Source: a virus. From it: a stretch of 64,000 bases of DNA. Each line of letters starts with the position of its first letter. Positions within the stretch are counted from its first letter, which is position 1. The notes beneath the pieces are model-generated. The model was not told the DNA's origin. It worked only from the letters and a program-made list of their open reading frames with translations, and did not search any database. The position numbers were made by a program, and so were the translations under genes. Positions 51,125 to 61,376 of the stretch are shown piece by piece. Location of the stretch: IMG/VR virus record IMGVR_UViG_3300045592_000030; one strand, written 5' to 3'.

Positions 51125-51727
51125 ATGAAGAGTGCTAAAGTGTTAAAGATATTGCATGTATCGCGTCAAACGCTCGTGCAGTACGTGAAGAAGAAAGAGA
51201 TAAGGGTCGTATCATTGCCAAACGGCACGTACGACTACAACGATGATGATGTATATCGCAAGGCTGGGCTTGCTTCAGAAAGAATGAACATTGTCTATTC
51301 ACGTGTATCTACGGCAAAACAAAAAAACGACCTTGATAATCAAGAAAAGACTTTGATTGACTATTGTAACAAGAATGGTGTTAAGGTAAGCAAGTCTTAT
51401 AAGGATATTGCAAGCGGAATGAATTTTGACCGTAAGCAGTTCAAGCAACTACTTGGCGAGATACTGAATTTCAAAGTTGGCAGGTTATACATTACGTACA
51501 AAGATAGGCTTTCTCGCATCTCGTTCGATATGTTCAAGCGACTGTTCAGTGAATTTGGATGCGAGATAATAGCCATCAATGATACGGACGATAAGGCAAA
51601 CGAGACAGAGATATTCGAAGAAATCATTTCAATGCTTCATTGCTTCGCTATGCGGATGTATTCACGAAGGAGAAAAAGGAAACTCGAAATAATGGAAGAG
51701 GATTTGAAAAATGAGATTAGTCTATAA
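51125..51727 (+). CDS. tnpA: IS607-type serine recombinase transposase (MerR-like HTH plus resolvase domain)
   Basis: N-terminal HTH KVLKILHVSRQTLVQYVKK and catalytic YSRVSTAKQ. ATG at 51125. Confidence 0.75.
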   Translation: MKSAKVLKILHVSRQTLVQYVKKKEIRVVSLPNGTYDYNDDDVYRKAGLASERMNIVYSRVSTAKQKNDLDNQEKTLIDYCNKNGVKVSKSYKDIASGMNFDRKQFKQLLGEILNFKVGRLYITYKDRLSRISFDMFKRLFSEFGCEIIAINDTDDKANETEIFEEIISMLHCFAMRMYSRRRKRKLEIMEEDLKNEISL

Positions 51728-52952
51728 GTTCTACATACGGCACGCAGAAGATCTTGACAGGTTGTTTAGTATTTCAAACAATCTGTACAATCAGGCGTTG
51801 TATCTGTTCCGTCAGCAGCTGAATGCCGACGGTACGTGGCTGTGGTATAACGACATGGATAAACTCATGAAAAAGACCACTAACCTCGAAGGCGAATGTA
51901 ACTACAAGTTGCTGAAATCTCAATGCTCTCAGCAGATACTCCGTGTTCTTGATAAGAACATCAAGGCTTATTGCAAGAGTATCAAGGATTGGAAGAAGCA
52001 CCCCGAGAAATACAATGGAATGCCTAAGATGCCTTGTTACCGAAAACGAGGCGGTATGTTTAACCTGTATTATACCAATCAGTCATGCAGTATTAAAGAT
52101 GGAAGAATCCGACTTGCTAAGGATTTATTTGTCTCTATTCCTCAATGGGAAAAATATGGCGAAAGTCTAAAGTCGATACACCAGGTACGTTTAATACCAA
52201 ACTTCCGTAACATCAAGGTTGAAATTGTCTATGATAAGGAGACAGAGCAAGCTGATGTGGATAAGGCAAAATACGCTGCTATTGACCTTGGACTCGATAA
52301 TCTCGCCACGATGGTTACTTCTGAAGGCTGCACGATTTATAGCGGCAAATATCTCAAATCTTACAATAATCACTTTAACAAGACACTTTCTCACTTGCAG
52401 TCTATCAAGAGTCTGCAAGGCATAAAGCGAACGACAAGAAGAATCACTCGTATTTACGACAAACGAGACCGCTATTTTGAGGACGCATTCCAGAAGGTTA
52501 GCCGTCAGATTGTCGATACACTTGTACGGAACCGTATAGGAACGTTAGTTGTAGGCTACAATGCCGGATGGAAACAAAAATCCGACATGGGCAAAAAGAA
52601 CAATCAAAAGTTTGTTCAGATGCCTTTTGCGAGACTGGCAGACTATCTCCGCTATAAGTGCGAGATGATTGGAATTAAGTTCATTATGCACGAGGAAAGT
52701 TATACAAGCAAGTGCGATGCTCTTGCTCTTGAACCTATTGAGAAGCATGAAACATATCTTGGGCGCAGGGTTAAGCGCGGATTATTCCGCTCCTCGACCG
52801 GGAAGATGATTAATGCTGACCAAAACGGAGCCTTTAACATTCTTAGAAAAGTAGTCGGCGATTCTGAGTTTTCTCGGATAGTCGGTAGCGGGCACTCGTT
52901 ATGTCCGATACGATACCGCAATCCGTTTCAAACGGTTGCAGGAAGTATGTAA
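51711..52952 (+). CDS. tnpB: TnpB (OrfB_IS605-type RuvC nuclease), lacking the usual CxxC zinc-finger pairs
   Basis: RuvC motifs AIDLGLDN, HEESYTSK and NADQNGAFNI. Only one Cys lies between RuvC-II and RuvC-III. Overlaps tnpA by 17 nt. Confidence 0.75.
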   Translation: MRLVYKFYIRHAEDLDRLFSISNNLYNQALYLFRQQLNADGTWLWYNDMDKLMKKTTNLEGECNYKLLKSQCSQQILRVLDKNIKAYCKSIKDWKKHPEKYNGMPKMPCYRKRGGMFNLYYTNQSCSIKDGRIRLAKDLFVSIPQWEKYGESLKSIHQVRLIPNFRNIKVEIVYDKETEQADVDKAKYAAIDLGLDNLATMVTSEGCTIYSGKYLKSYNNHFNKTLSHLQSIKSLQGIKRTTRRITRIYDKRDRYFEDAFQKVSRQIVDTLVRNRIGTLVVGYNAGWKQKSDMGKKNNQKFVQMPFARLADYLRYKCEMIGIKFIMHEESYTSKCDALALEPIEKHETYLGRRVKRGLFRSSTGKMINADQNGAFNILRKVVGDSEFSRIVGSGHSLCPIRYRNPFQTVAGSM

Positions 52953-53804
52953 AAAGTAGAATAATTATTAATACATTTAATACTTTTAATAACGTACTAC
53001 AACCGCAACAATGCTTCACTTTCACTACACCACCGTTTCACTTCCACCGCGCCACGGGATCCGCCTTCATCATCCACACAAATCATGCTGTTTCAGCCAC
53101 AATGTTTCACGGCTGGCGACCGCAAAATCAAGCGAAAAATCGTCATCGGGAGAAAAATATACGTTTTGTACGAGAAAGATATATTTTGTATAAAAACGAG
53201 GGCGTTTGTACGAAATCAAGGGCGTTTTTGCAGTTGTTAACAATGTAAAATTATATTTTTCGTGTTAAATTATACACTCCATATATCTTTTTAGTACGAA
53301 AATTATACGTTTTTTTTTGCCTAACTCGCTGATTTCCTTTTACTTCCTATATAAAATATACATTTTAACACTATTTTTAGATATTACGTGTACGCAGGAG
53401 GAGTAAAATAAGGGTATAGAAAATAAGGTTTTACTTGAATAAATACGGACATTCGCGATCTCTCGCTTGCCTACCTTTCCTATCTGCAACCAACTGATTT
53501 ACAATATACAAGCGGAGCTTGTATATGCTGCTTACATTAATTTTACGGGTGAGGGTATTTTTACAAAATAGGGGTAATAGAGGTTGGGGATTTTTTTTAT
53601 TAGTTATAGAGAGATTTTCGACCAATTTGTATAATTTTGGGGACATTTTCGGGTTTAGTGGCTGATTATTAGTTAGTTAGCGTGTATAATTTTTGTACGA
53701 AAAGTGTATGTGAGTGTATAATTTCCGAGACACGCCCACCTTCGGGAAGGGAGTAACGGAGCCTCTCGAAAGTGAGCGTGAAACATTTTTTGATATGTCT
53801 TGCG

Positions 53805-54758
53805 TCAGTAGGTTACATTTGGTTTGTCCTTCCATTCCACTTCCTCGAAGCCGACTTGAAAGCCGCCACCTTGTGCTGCCGTGGTACCACCAAAGAAGTT
53901 GCCGGTATAGACGGTGCGGTAGCCGCGCTCAATGTCAGCGTCGGAGAATAGTTTTTCGTAGACAACATTTCCAGATTTGTCAAAAGCCTGAACTTGAACA
54001 ACGAGTTTTCCGGTGCCGTCCGTGGATTTCGGGAAGGTGAACACGTCCCACTGCCCTACCCTGCCGTGCTGGTCTTGTGAGATGTTGAATACTTCCGTCT
54101 GCTTACTGTTTTCCGTGCCCTGGAGTGTTACGGGATTGAGCGTCGATGAGCCCTGAAGATAATAGAACTTCATCTGCGCCACCGTATCGGGTATCGCGTC
54201 GGTCGTCTTTAAGCGGAAACAAGCCACGGTGCGACGGAGCGTGAGATTGTGGCCGGTGTCGTTGTCGGTAACGGTAACATTGCCGCCATAAGCGAATGTG
54301 TCGCTCAGATGATTGCCGTTGAAGGTTATCTTTGTCGGTGTGGATATAATAGCTTCCTGTTGGCCGTTGTGCGCCACAGCGACGATAGAATAATCGCCCG
54401 GCGTAAGATTGGCGGTCAGCGTGCCAAAATCAGCGTCATCGTTGGTCTGATGCGCTTGAAAGGCCACCTCACTGCCATAGAACACGATGAAGTCGATACG
54501 CTTCACCACGTCCTTTACGGCGGCGGCTTCCGCCCGCGTGACAGGGGTGCGGGGTGAGGATAAATGTTTGGCGGACGATGGTTCATGGGATTGTGTGAAA
54601 CCGTCGATTGTGAAGATTACCTTTGCGGGTGTGCCTTGCGGCATGGTGGGTGTGGAGGATAAGTCCTCGTCGATAGCTTTCTGACAGGCGGAAAGCGAGA
54701 ACAGCATAGCGAGTGAAAGAGCGCACAATGCTGCGGAACAGAAATAAAAGTGCTTCAT
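53805..54758 (-). CDS. Lipoprotein (moron-like stand-alone gene)
   Basis: Signal peptide with lipobox LSAC (MKHFYFCSAALCALSLAMLFSLSAC). A terminator lies upstream and a long non-coding region downstream. Confidence 0.65.
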   Translation of the reverse strand: MKHFYFCSAALCALSLAMLFSLSACQKAIDEDLSSTPTMPQGTPAKVIFTIDGFTQSHEPSSAKHLSSPRTPVTRAEAAAVKDVVKRIDFIVFYGSEVAFQAHQTNDDADFGTLTANLTPGDYSIVAVAHNGQQEAIISTPTKITFNGNHLSDTFAYGGNVTVTDNDTGHNLTLRRTVACFRLKTTDAIPDTVAQMKFYYLQGSSTLNPVTLQGTENSKQTEVFNISQDQHGRVGQWDVFTFPKSTDGTGKLVVQVQAFDKSGNVVYEKLFSDADIERGYRTVYTGNFFGGTTAAQGGGFQVGFEEVEWKDKPNVTY

Positions 54759-54834
54759 AAGTTTTTAGATTAGATGATCGGATTGTATGTTTGAACGTTA
54801 CTCAACAGGATAACGGATTTCCTTTGTTTTTATT

Positions 54835-54876
54835 ACAAAAAAGAGTGGCTATTTCCATCACGGAAACAACCACTCT
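54835..54876 (-). terminator. Intrinsic terminator after the tape-measure operon
   Basis: Minus strand AGAGTGG-loop-CCACTCT followed by TTTTTTG. Confidence 0.6.
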
Positions 54877-54946
54877 GAGCATCGAATGAAAACCAATCGC
54901 AATGACGTGGCTTGCGGCCACGCTGGTGCGTTATATTGTGTCCAGC

Positions 54947-55531
54947 TTAATGCCAGTACACAACCGACGTTACAAGCGCGTGTGTGGCTTTTATCGTAGG
55001 TCGGGTGTGGAGTTTGGCCATCATTGCCTCGGTAGCATTGCGCCAGGGGTTTATCTTTGCGCTGTCAGTTCCGGGAATGGAATAACCATAATAGCCGGTG
55101 TATAGAGAAAGCGAGAAGTCTTTTTTATCCAACATGGCTCCTTGCAGGATAACCGACTTGATTTTGTCGCCCGTCAACGATGCGAAAGCAATTTGCCCGT
55201 CAATCACAAGGGGGTCGTAGGCGTATTGCACGCGGTCGATGACATCACCTAAAGCGGCTCTGACCTGTTCGGTCCGGTCGTCGTGGGTGAGCAACAAAAG
55301 TCCGCCCTGCCATTCCCGCTGAAAATAATAGCGGATGGTGTTAAGCGTATCGCTGTCAACGGTTGGTACTTGCAGCAACATCACAAAAGGCGCGTCCACC
55401 ATACAAGAAACTGCTTGCATGAAGCGAGCTATGGTAATGTCGCCGCTGGTCTGAAAGAATACCGGCTGACCGACATTGCTCTGTAAAAGATTGGGCAACT
55501 GACGGTCAACACAACAGGGTTCTATATACAT
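54947..55531 (-). CDS. Hypothetical protein downstream of the tape measure gene
   Basis: 194-aa ORF. Confidence 0.55.
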   Translation of the reverse strand: MYIEPCCVDRQLPNLLQSNVGQPVFFQTSGDITIARFMQAVSCMVDAPFVMLLQVPTVDSDTLNTIRYYFQREWQGGLLLLTHDDRTEQVRAALGDVIDRVQYAYDPLVIDGQIAFASLTGDKIKSVILQGAMLDKKDFSLSLYTGYYGYSIPGTDSAKINPWRNATEAMMAKLHTRPTIKATHALVTSVVYWH

Positions 55532-55555
55532 GGTCTATTCATTTAAATGAAATCG

Positions 55556-58500
55556 TTACTTATGTTTATTCATAAATTGCTGGGCTTTGTTCAATGCGTC
55601 CAGTGCTCCACCGCGTCCGTATGGATCCATACGAGCTTCAAAGGGCTGATTAAGACGATCAACGAGCGACGTGATAGCCACCGACAGCGCACCCATAATG
55701 GCTTTCGTGTCGTTATCCACACCCGTAGCACCACTCGCCGCGGCCACCTGCTGCACGTTACCGGCATCGTAGGTGCGGTAAGGCATCGAACTGCGGTTCT
55801 TATCGTACATGATGATTTCCCTCAGTAAGTCGGGTCGGTTCATCATCATGGCTGCTGTGGTCTCACGGCCTATCACCATTTCCGGACCGCGCTCGGCAAC
55901 CAATGACGGTTGGCCGTTAATCATCGTAGCAATCGGTGAGCGCACAATACCCGTAACGGCTTGTGATATGCTTGTAGCAGCATAGACGCGGCCATCATCA
56001 CCGACAACGGGATAGCTCTGACCGTCCAAAAGTCCACGGTATTTCTGCACGTTACCTTCATCATAGGTGAGCATTCCCGTCTTGAGCTTCGTATTCGTAG
56101 ATGCCGAAGAAGTGTTGCTCTTGCCTAACTTGGAGAGGAAGGCAGAAAGCAAACCATTCAACAATGCTGTGATAACAGCCACCAAAGGAATACCCCACCA
56201 ACCTAATTTGCCAATAATATTAGCGGCACCGCTGACAATACCTCCCTCAGTATCAGTTGTGGCTTTCTTCACAGTGCTATGCGTGTTCGATGCGTCCTGA
56301 TCTTGCTGAGCCTTGTCAAGAGCAGCGTTCATCGTCGTGGTGATAGTCTGCTGACCGGCTGACTTGGCTGTTTCAGCCGCAAGAATATTCTTATTGCTCT
56401 CCTTGTGTTCCTGAACGCGTATCTTACTGCTTTCCTTTTCTGACTTGCTGATGGTTTTGGAGGAATTCTTATTCTCCTTTGCCATCTTGTCATTGTGCTT
56501 TTGGTTCTCTTTCTCAATGGCTTTATCATCGGCCACTTTTTGTTTCACTTTCGAAGATAACCCGCCCAAAGCATCACCAGCCACACTACTAATGGCACCA
56601 CCGACAACACTTGTGGCATCGGTATTGCCCTGTCCAATACTCTGTGCTGCACCCGTGGCCGCGTTCTGCGCTGCCGTTACGTCAGTAGCACCAGCCGAGG
56701 AAGTTCCTGTCATTGTTGCCGCACCATTGCCCTTACCCATATCCGTAGCTCCAGCCGCACCGCTTGCTGCACCGGTTGTCTCCGTGGGTGCGGGAGTTGA
56801 CAAGTTGCTGTTACCAATAATAATATTCGCGTTCTCAATGGTTCCGGTCGGTATGCCGTTGTCATTGAAAAGCTCAGTTTCAAAACCGCTCTTCTTGCCT
56901 TTCTTCGCGGCTTTACGGATAAGCTCTTCCTTGACCTTGCGCATCATGAGCTCGTTGATGATCTTCACCGTCGATTGCGCATAGGCACGCACCATGTCGG
57001 CCAATGCTTCCTTGACGGCATCACGGCCAGCCTTGGCACTATCCGACATCATCGCGAAAGCCTTACCCATTGCCGTGCCCAACTGCTCAATAGGATCCGT
57101 CCACTGCTTCAACTCACTCATACGGTCGGTAACGCGTGTGGCTACGGTCTTTTCAAGTTCATTCTGCGCCTTATCTATCTTGTCAAGGTAATCGTTTAAT
57201 ACCTTCGGGTCGGTAGTCTTTAGTTTGGCCATCTGGTATTGCGCCTGTGCCGCCCATAGATTATTGCGCTTTTCGGCCATTTCCACATCATCGCCGCGGA
57301 CGGTCTTGGAAAAACCGAATGGTTGCCAGTCGTTCTGCCGACGACCATAAAGACTTTCCTTATCTGACATTCGCGACAACGCCCTGTCAGCATTGCTGTA
57401 CTGACGATACTCATTACTACGCTGCCACATCGTATCAATGATTTTCTTGAGTTCATCAGAACGTTTCTTCTGCTCTTCCCAAAAATCATCACCATACTTC
57501 ATAAGAAGATTATAGAGATAATAAATATTATCTCTCAATTCTCCTTTGTTAGCGTCGAGTATCTTCTTCAAGTCGTCAAGGTCGGGAATGCCATTACCGT
57601 CAAGTTTGACATCATATAAACCTTTTATATGATTACCCTTGTCATCCTCGTAGCCGTTCATCATCTTACCGGTGGTTTCCCAGTTGTTCGCCCATTTCAC
57701 CATTTTAGGCGTACCATCCGGATTAAGAACACCGCTAAAATTAGAAACGAGTCCTGTTATCCATTTCCAAAGTCCTTTATCTGTGCTTATATCGCTCTCA
57801 TAAGGATGATAACCATTACGCGGGAACTGCATAAGCATCTCATAAAACGGCGACATAAAGCGTTTGGGAGCCGTGCCATTAACAATTACCTCGTCAAGTG
57901 TATTACCGCTTCCCTTTGCCCCCTCTGTATTCTTTAACGGATTTGCTCCACCGGCATAACGACGGACATCGACAGGATTTAAGCCCACATCGATAGCTTG
58001 CTGAGTATATTTCTTGATAACATTACCCAGTATATCAAACGACTCTACAACCTTTTCGGTTGCATCTGCCTGTTTTTCGTGAATATCAGCATTAGACTTT
58101 AGATTTTCCGTTCCATTCTTATATATCTCATCAAGAACAGCACCGGCGTTTATGCCATAAACAGCATCGGAACCGTTGAACTTAGCGAGATTTCTATAAG
58201 CCTTGTCAAGGTCAACATTCTGCATACGAGCCATGAGAGCCTTACTTGCGGTTCCGCCATTTTCCGTATCAAGTTGTAAATAGCCAGTAGAAAGCTCCTG
58301 AAGCATCTTAGAAAAGTCTAATTCAGGATGCTCGTTTTGGTGTCCTGACAAGCGGAAACGTGCTGCCGCAAGGAAACGGTTCTCGTAATCTTTCAACTGT
58401 GCTGTCAGTGCTACACCAACATCAGGCGTTAGGTCTTTTCCTATACGGTCTTTCAATCCTGTCAACTGTAAATTGAAATACGCCTCAATGTCAGATATAA

Positions 58501-61189
58501 TAGCAGTAGCATCTGTCTTTGCGAGTTTCAATTCCTCATTAGCTGCTTTTCTTGCCTTAGCCCTTGCCTCACGTTCCTTCTTTAATCGATCTCTTTCTGC
58601 TTTTGCTGCTGCCTTTGCCGCAAGTTTATCCTCGGTCTTATCATTATTGAATGTACCTGCGTCGGAATCGTCGGCGGAAAGATCCTCGTTAGAGATGAAT
58701 GGCCCAAAAGCTGCATTTACCTTACCAGTCCATTTATCCGTGGATTTCTGTTGAGCGTAATAAGCCACTGCGTTCCAAAAAGCATTAGCTTCTCTCGCGT
58801 TCTTAGATGGATGCCACTTAAAACCGCTTGTTATACTATTCGCCTTAAATCGTCCATCAGGATCATCGAAGAATTTACCTGACCGTTGATTTATAGCTGC
58901 GGCAAACTGAGCATCGGAAATGTTATACCCGGCATGGCGACGCAAAAAATTAGCGAACCCCCAAGGGCCTAAATGACTATGATCTTGATAAAAGCCATAC
59001 AGCCACGAACTACCCTGCGCACTATGTTTTGTACCCTTTATACTTTCATCATAACTTTCAAGTCTGTTTGCCGACCACTGAATACGCGGCTGCACTACGC
59101 GTTTCATTTCTTTATCACGAGCCTCTAACGCATACTTGTTTTGCAGTTGTTTGACAACAGCGCGATAGGCATTTGACAAATCTTTAGCGGACGAAGTCTC
59201 CGTTAATAGATTATTAAGATAGCCTCCGTAAATCTTATTAAATTCCTTAATAGCTGCCGTGCGCTCTTGCGTGCCCTTCTTTGCTTTAAGAATAGCCTGA
59301 TAATGCCGATAAACTTCTATTTCCGCCGCTTTCGCTTGCACCTTGTACTCATGTACGGCATCATTCAGACTATTTTGTTTTTCAGTAGCTTCTTTTGTTG
59401 CCGACGCATACGCATAAATAGTGCCGATGACAGTAACGACGAGAGCCGCGATTGCACCAAAGACATTCGACTTCATCGCAATGTTCAAGCCCTCTTGCGC
59501 TGTCCTGGCCGCAAGCATAGAGGCACGAAGTTCTGTAAGAGCTGTTACCGCTCCCTGTATGCCACGGATGATGCCATAGGTACTAAAGAACATGATGATT
59601 TGCGGCAAAAAGCGGATGATGGTCTTTGCGTCGAAAATGAGCAACTCAAAAGTCAGGCGCAAAGAGTTCATCACACCCTGCGAGCCGGTCATCTCTTTGC
59701 TCAGATTGTACCACTGCAAAGCCAGTTCCTTCACAGAGTCAACTCCATCTTTGTTGACGAAAGCTTTAGACCAAAGATTATTGGCCCGCTCCATCAATCC
59801 GTTGGCAGTCTCCTGACGAAGATTGTACTCCTTAGTAACATCCTGGCCATCGATGAATGCTTCATTAGCTGTTTTGACATGCTCACGAAGCATATCAACG
59901 TTCTTTGCCATTGACACAGCCACGGCATTCAGTCGCGCACCTTCTGAACCTAACGGCTTAAAAATATTCCACATGGCATTCATGTTACCCATGTCGTGCA
60001 TGCGCTGGAAGATAAGCAAGAGCGCGTCCATCGTCTTACCTGCCGAAAGCATGTCTTTCAACGTGTCCTTCGGTAACTTTAATGCTTTAGCAAGAGTTTG
60101 CGGCTGCGTCTGCAACGCCGTGATCATCTTATTGAATGCCGTTGACGCGACTTCCGGCATCAGCATCATGGAGTCGGATGCCGAGCCTAATGCCAACAGC
60201 TGCGGTGTGGTAATTTTACTTACCGATGCAAGGCCGGCCAATCGTTTAGCAAACTCCATGATGTTGTTTGCCGATGACGTACTGCTGGAAGCCAGTCGGA
60301 ACATGGCCGAGCCGGTGGATAACAGTGCCTTCTCAATTCCCATCTTTTTGATGAGCCCCATGTTTTCCACCATCTTAGACATCATCGGCAACGTGTCCTC
60401 ACCCATCTGCTCTTTCAGCGCGACGTTTACCTGGTTGGCTGCTTCCGTGAAACCAGCCAAACCCTCTACGCCGTACTTACCAAAGCCGAGCTTACTGCCC
60501 TCGTAGGCAATCTGCTGTAAATCGGTCAGTGTAGAACGTGTGTCAACCTGCCGCAACCGCTCGCTCAGCTTATCCACCATACGCATCGACAATCCCGACA
60601 CCATGCGGATTTGCGAAAGCTGGTCGCTCATGTCAAGGTTCTTTCGGAACATGTCGCCCAACTTCGATATAGCTGTGCTGACAAGGGCAAACATTCCAAG
60701 GTAAGTACCGATATTGCGGATAGACGTTTTCCACGCATTGCCATGTTTGCTCACGGCACCCGTGTTTTTGTCTATCTGCTTTTGCACGGCTTTCATCTGC
60801 ATCTGCAACTGCTTCTGCCGTTGTATCTCACTGCCGGATGTATTCTCCAGCTCTTTTCTCAGCGTAGAGAGAGCCGAGCGAAGCTGCCGTGTGGTAGCCC
60901 CACCAAGGTTTTTCAGAATTTTATTGATGTCGCCAAGTTCCTGCAAGTTGTGCTTCTCGGCACTGTCGAGCGTCTTGAACTGCCGTTCCAGCGCATTGAT
61001 TTCCTTGCGCAACTGTCGTGTTTTGTCAGTCTCCTTACCCGACTGTGCAAGGAGCTTCTTGTATTCCTCCACGCGCTTTGCATAGGTCCGACGGAGCTGC
61101 TCAGCTTTTGCTCTGAGCATTTCTATCATCTGCTTTGCCTGTGAAGCGTTACAGGTGATGACAACCTCTGCCTTTTGTGATCTTGCCAT
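55556..61189 (-). CDS. Tail tape measure protein
   Basis: 1877 aa with long coiled-coil stretches, internal hydrophobic segments and Gly/Ala/Thr-rich tracts. Confidence 0.75.
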   Translation of the reverse strand: MARSQKAEVVITCNASQAKQMIEMLRAKAEQLRRTYAKRVEEYKKLLAQSGKETDKTRQLRKEINALERQFKTLDSAEKHNLQELGDINKILKNLGGATTRQLRSALSTLRKELENTSGSEIQRQKQLQMQMKAVQKQIDKNTGAVSKHGNAWKTSIRNIGTYLGMFALVSTAISKLGDMFRKNLDMSDQLSQIRMVSGLSMRMVDKLSERLRQVDTRSTLTDLQQIAYEGSKLGFGKYGVEGLAGFTEAANQVNVALKEQMGEDTLPMMSKMVENMGLIKKMGIEKALLSTGSAMFRLASSSTSSANNIMEFAKRLAGLASVSKITTPQLLALGSASDSMMLMPEVASTAFNKMITALQTQPQTLAKALKLPKDTLKDMLSAGKTMDALLLIFQRMHDMGNMNAMWNIFKPLGSEGARLNAVAVSMAKNVDMLREHVKTANEAFIDGQDVTKEYNLRQETANGLMERANNLWSKAFVNKDGVDSVKELALQWYNLSKEMTGSQGVMNSLRLTFELLIFDAKTIIRFLPQIIMFFSTYGIIRGIQGAVTALTELRASMLAARTAQEGLNIAMKSNVFGAIAALVVTVIGTIYAYASATKEATEKQNSLNDAVHEYKVQAKAAEIEVYRHYQAILKAKKGTQERTAAIKEFNKIYGGYLNNLLTETSSAKDLSNAYRAVVKQLQNKYALEARDKEMKRVVQPRIQWSANRLESYDESIKGTKHSAQGSSWLYGFYQDHSHLGPWGFANFLRRHAGYNISDAQFAAAINQRSGKFFDDPDGRFKANSITSGFKWHPSKNAREANAFWNAVAYYAQQKSTDKWTGKVNAAFGPFISNEDLSADDSDAGTFNNDKTEDKLAAKAAAKAERDRLKKEREARAKARKAANEELKLAKTDATAIISDIEAYFNLQLTGLKDRIGKDLTPDVGVALTAQLKDYENRFLAAARFRLSGHQNEHPELDFSKMLQELSTGYLQLDTENGGTASKALMARMQNVDLDKAYRNLAKFNGSDAVYGINAGAVLDEIYKNGTENLKSNADIHEKQADATEKVVESFDILGNVIKKYTQQAIDVGLNPVDVRRYAGGANPLKNTEGAKGSGNTLDEVIVNGTAPKRFMSPFYEMLMQFPRNGYHPYESDISTDKGLWKWITGLVSNFSGVLNPDGTPKMVKWANNWETTGKMMNGYEDDKGNHIKGLYDVKLDGNGIPDLDDLKKILDANKGELRDNIYYLYNLLMKYGDDFWEEQKKRSDELKKIIDTMWQRSNEYRQYSNADRALSRMSDKESLYGRRQNDWQPFGFSKTVRGDDVEMAEKRNNLWAAQAQYQMAKLKTTDPKVLNDYLDKIDKAQNELEKTVATRVTDRMSELKQWTDPIEQLGTAMGKAFAMMSDSAKAGRDAVKEALADMVRAYAQSTVKIINELMMRKVKEELIRKAAKKGKKSGFETELFNDNGIPTGTIENANIIIGNSNLSTPAPTETTGAASGAAGATDMGKGNGAATMTGTSSAGATDVTAAQNAATGAAQSIGQGNTDATSVVGGAISSVAGDALGGLSSKVKQKVADDKAIEKENQKHNDKMAKENKNSSKTISKSEKESSKIRVQEHKESNKNILAAETAKSAGQQTITTTMNAALDKAQQDQDASNTHSTVKKATTDTEGGIVSGAANIIGKLGWWGIPLVAVITALLNGLLSAFLSKLGKSNTSSASTNTKLKTGMLTYDEGNVQKYRGLLDGQSYPVVGDDGRVYAATSISQAVTGIVRSPIATMINGQPSLVAERGPEMVIGRETTAAMMMNRPDLLREIIMYDKNRSSMPYRTYDAGNVQQVAAASGATGVDNDTKAIMGALSVAITSLVDRLNQPFEARMDPYGRGGALDALNKAQQFMNKHK

Positions 61190-61214
61190 ATCTCAATCCT
61201 TTAATTTTTCTTAG

Positions 61215-61249
61215 GTAAAAATACGAAATACAAAGAGGCCGTTAGGGAC
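61215..61249 (-). promoter_or_regulatory. Late-promoter-like motif copy 4 (TGTCCCTAA-N18-TATTTTTA)
   Basis: ttagggaca 61241-61249 and taaaaata 61215-61222, with an 18-nt spacer. Preceded by a GCCCCG...CGGGGC hairpin (61266-61292). Confidence 0.5.
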
Positions 61250-61376
61250 AATACCCAACGAAACAGCCCCGCCATTATCACAACGACGGGGCCGTAAAGA
61301 CAGAAAAAAACACATCCTTTCTGTTTACTGATCGTAAACCTAAAAAAATACTATGATAAAAAAAGAGTTCCTGAAG

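Larger units (their letters stand above)
51063..52987 (+). mobile_element. IS607-family-like insertion sequence (serine-recombinase TnpA plus TnpB)
   Basis: 12-bp terminal inverted repeats: aaaagtattaaa (51063-51074) and tttaatactttt (52976-52987). Two overlapping plus-strand genes sit in an otherwise minus-strand region. Confidence 0.7.

Noticed and set aside
51056-52992. AATAA on both sides of the IS as a target-site duplication.
   Set aside because: It is only 5 nt of AT-rich sequence, it is offset asymmetrically from the inverted repeats, and IS607-family elements are generally reported not to make duplications. Kept only as a remark.
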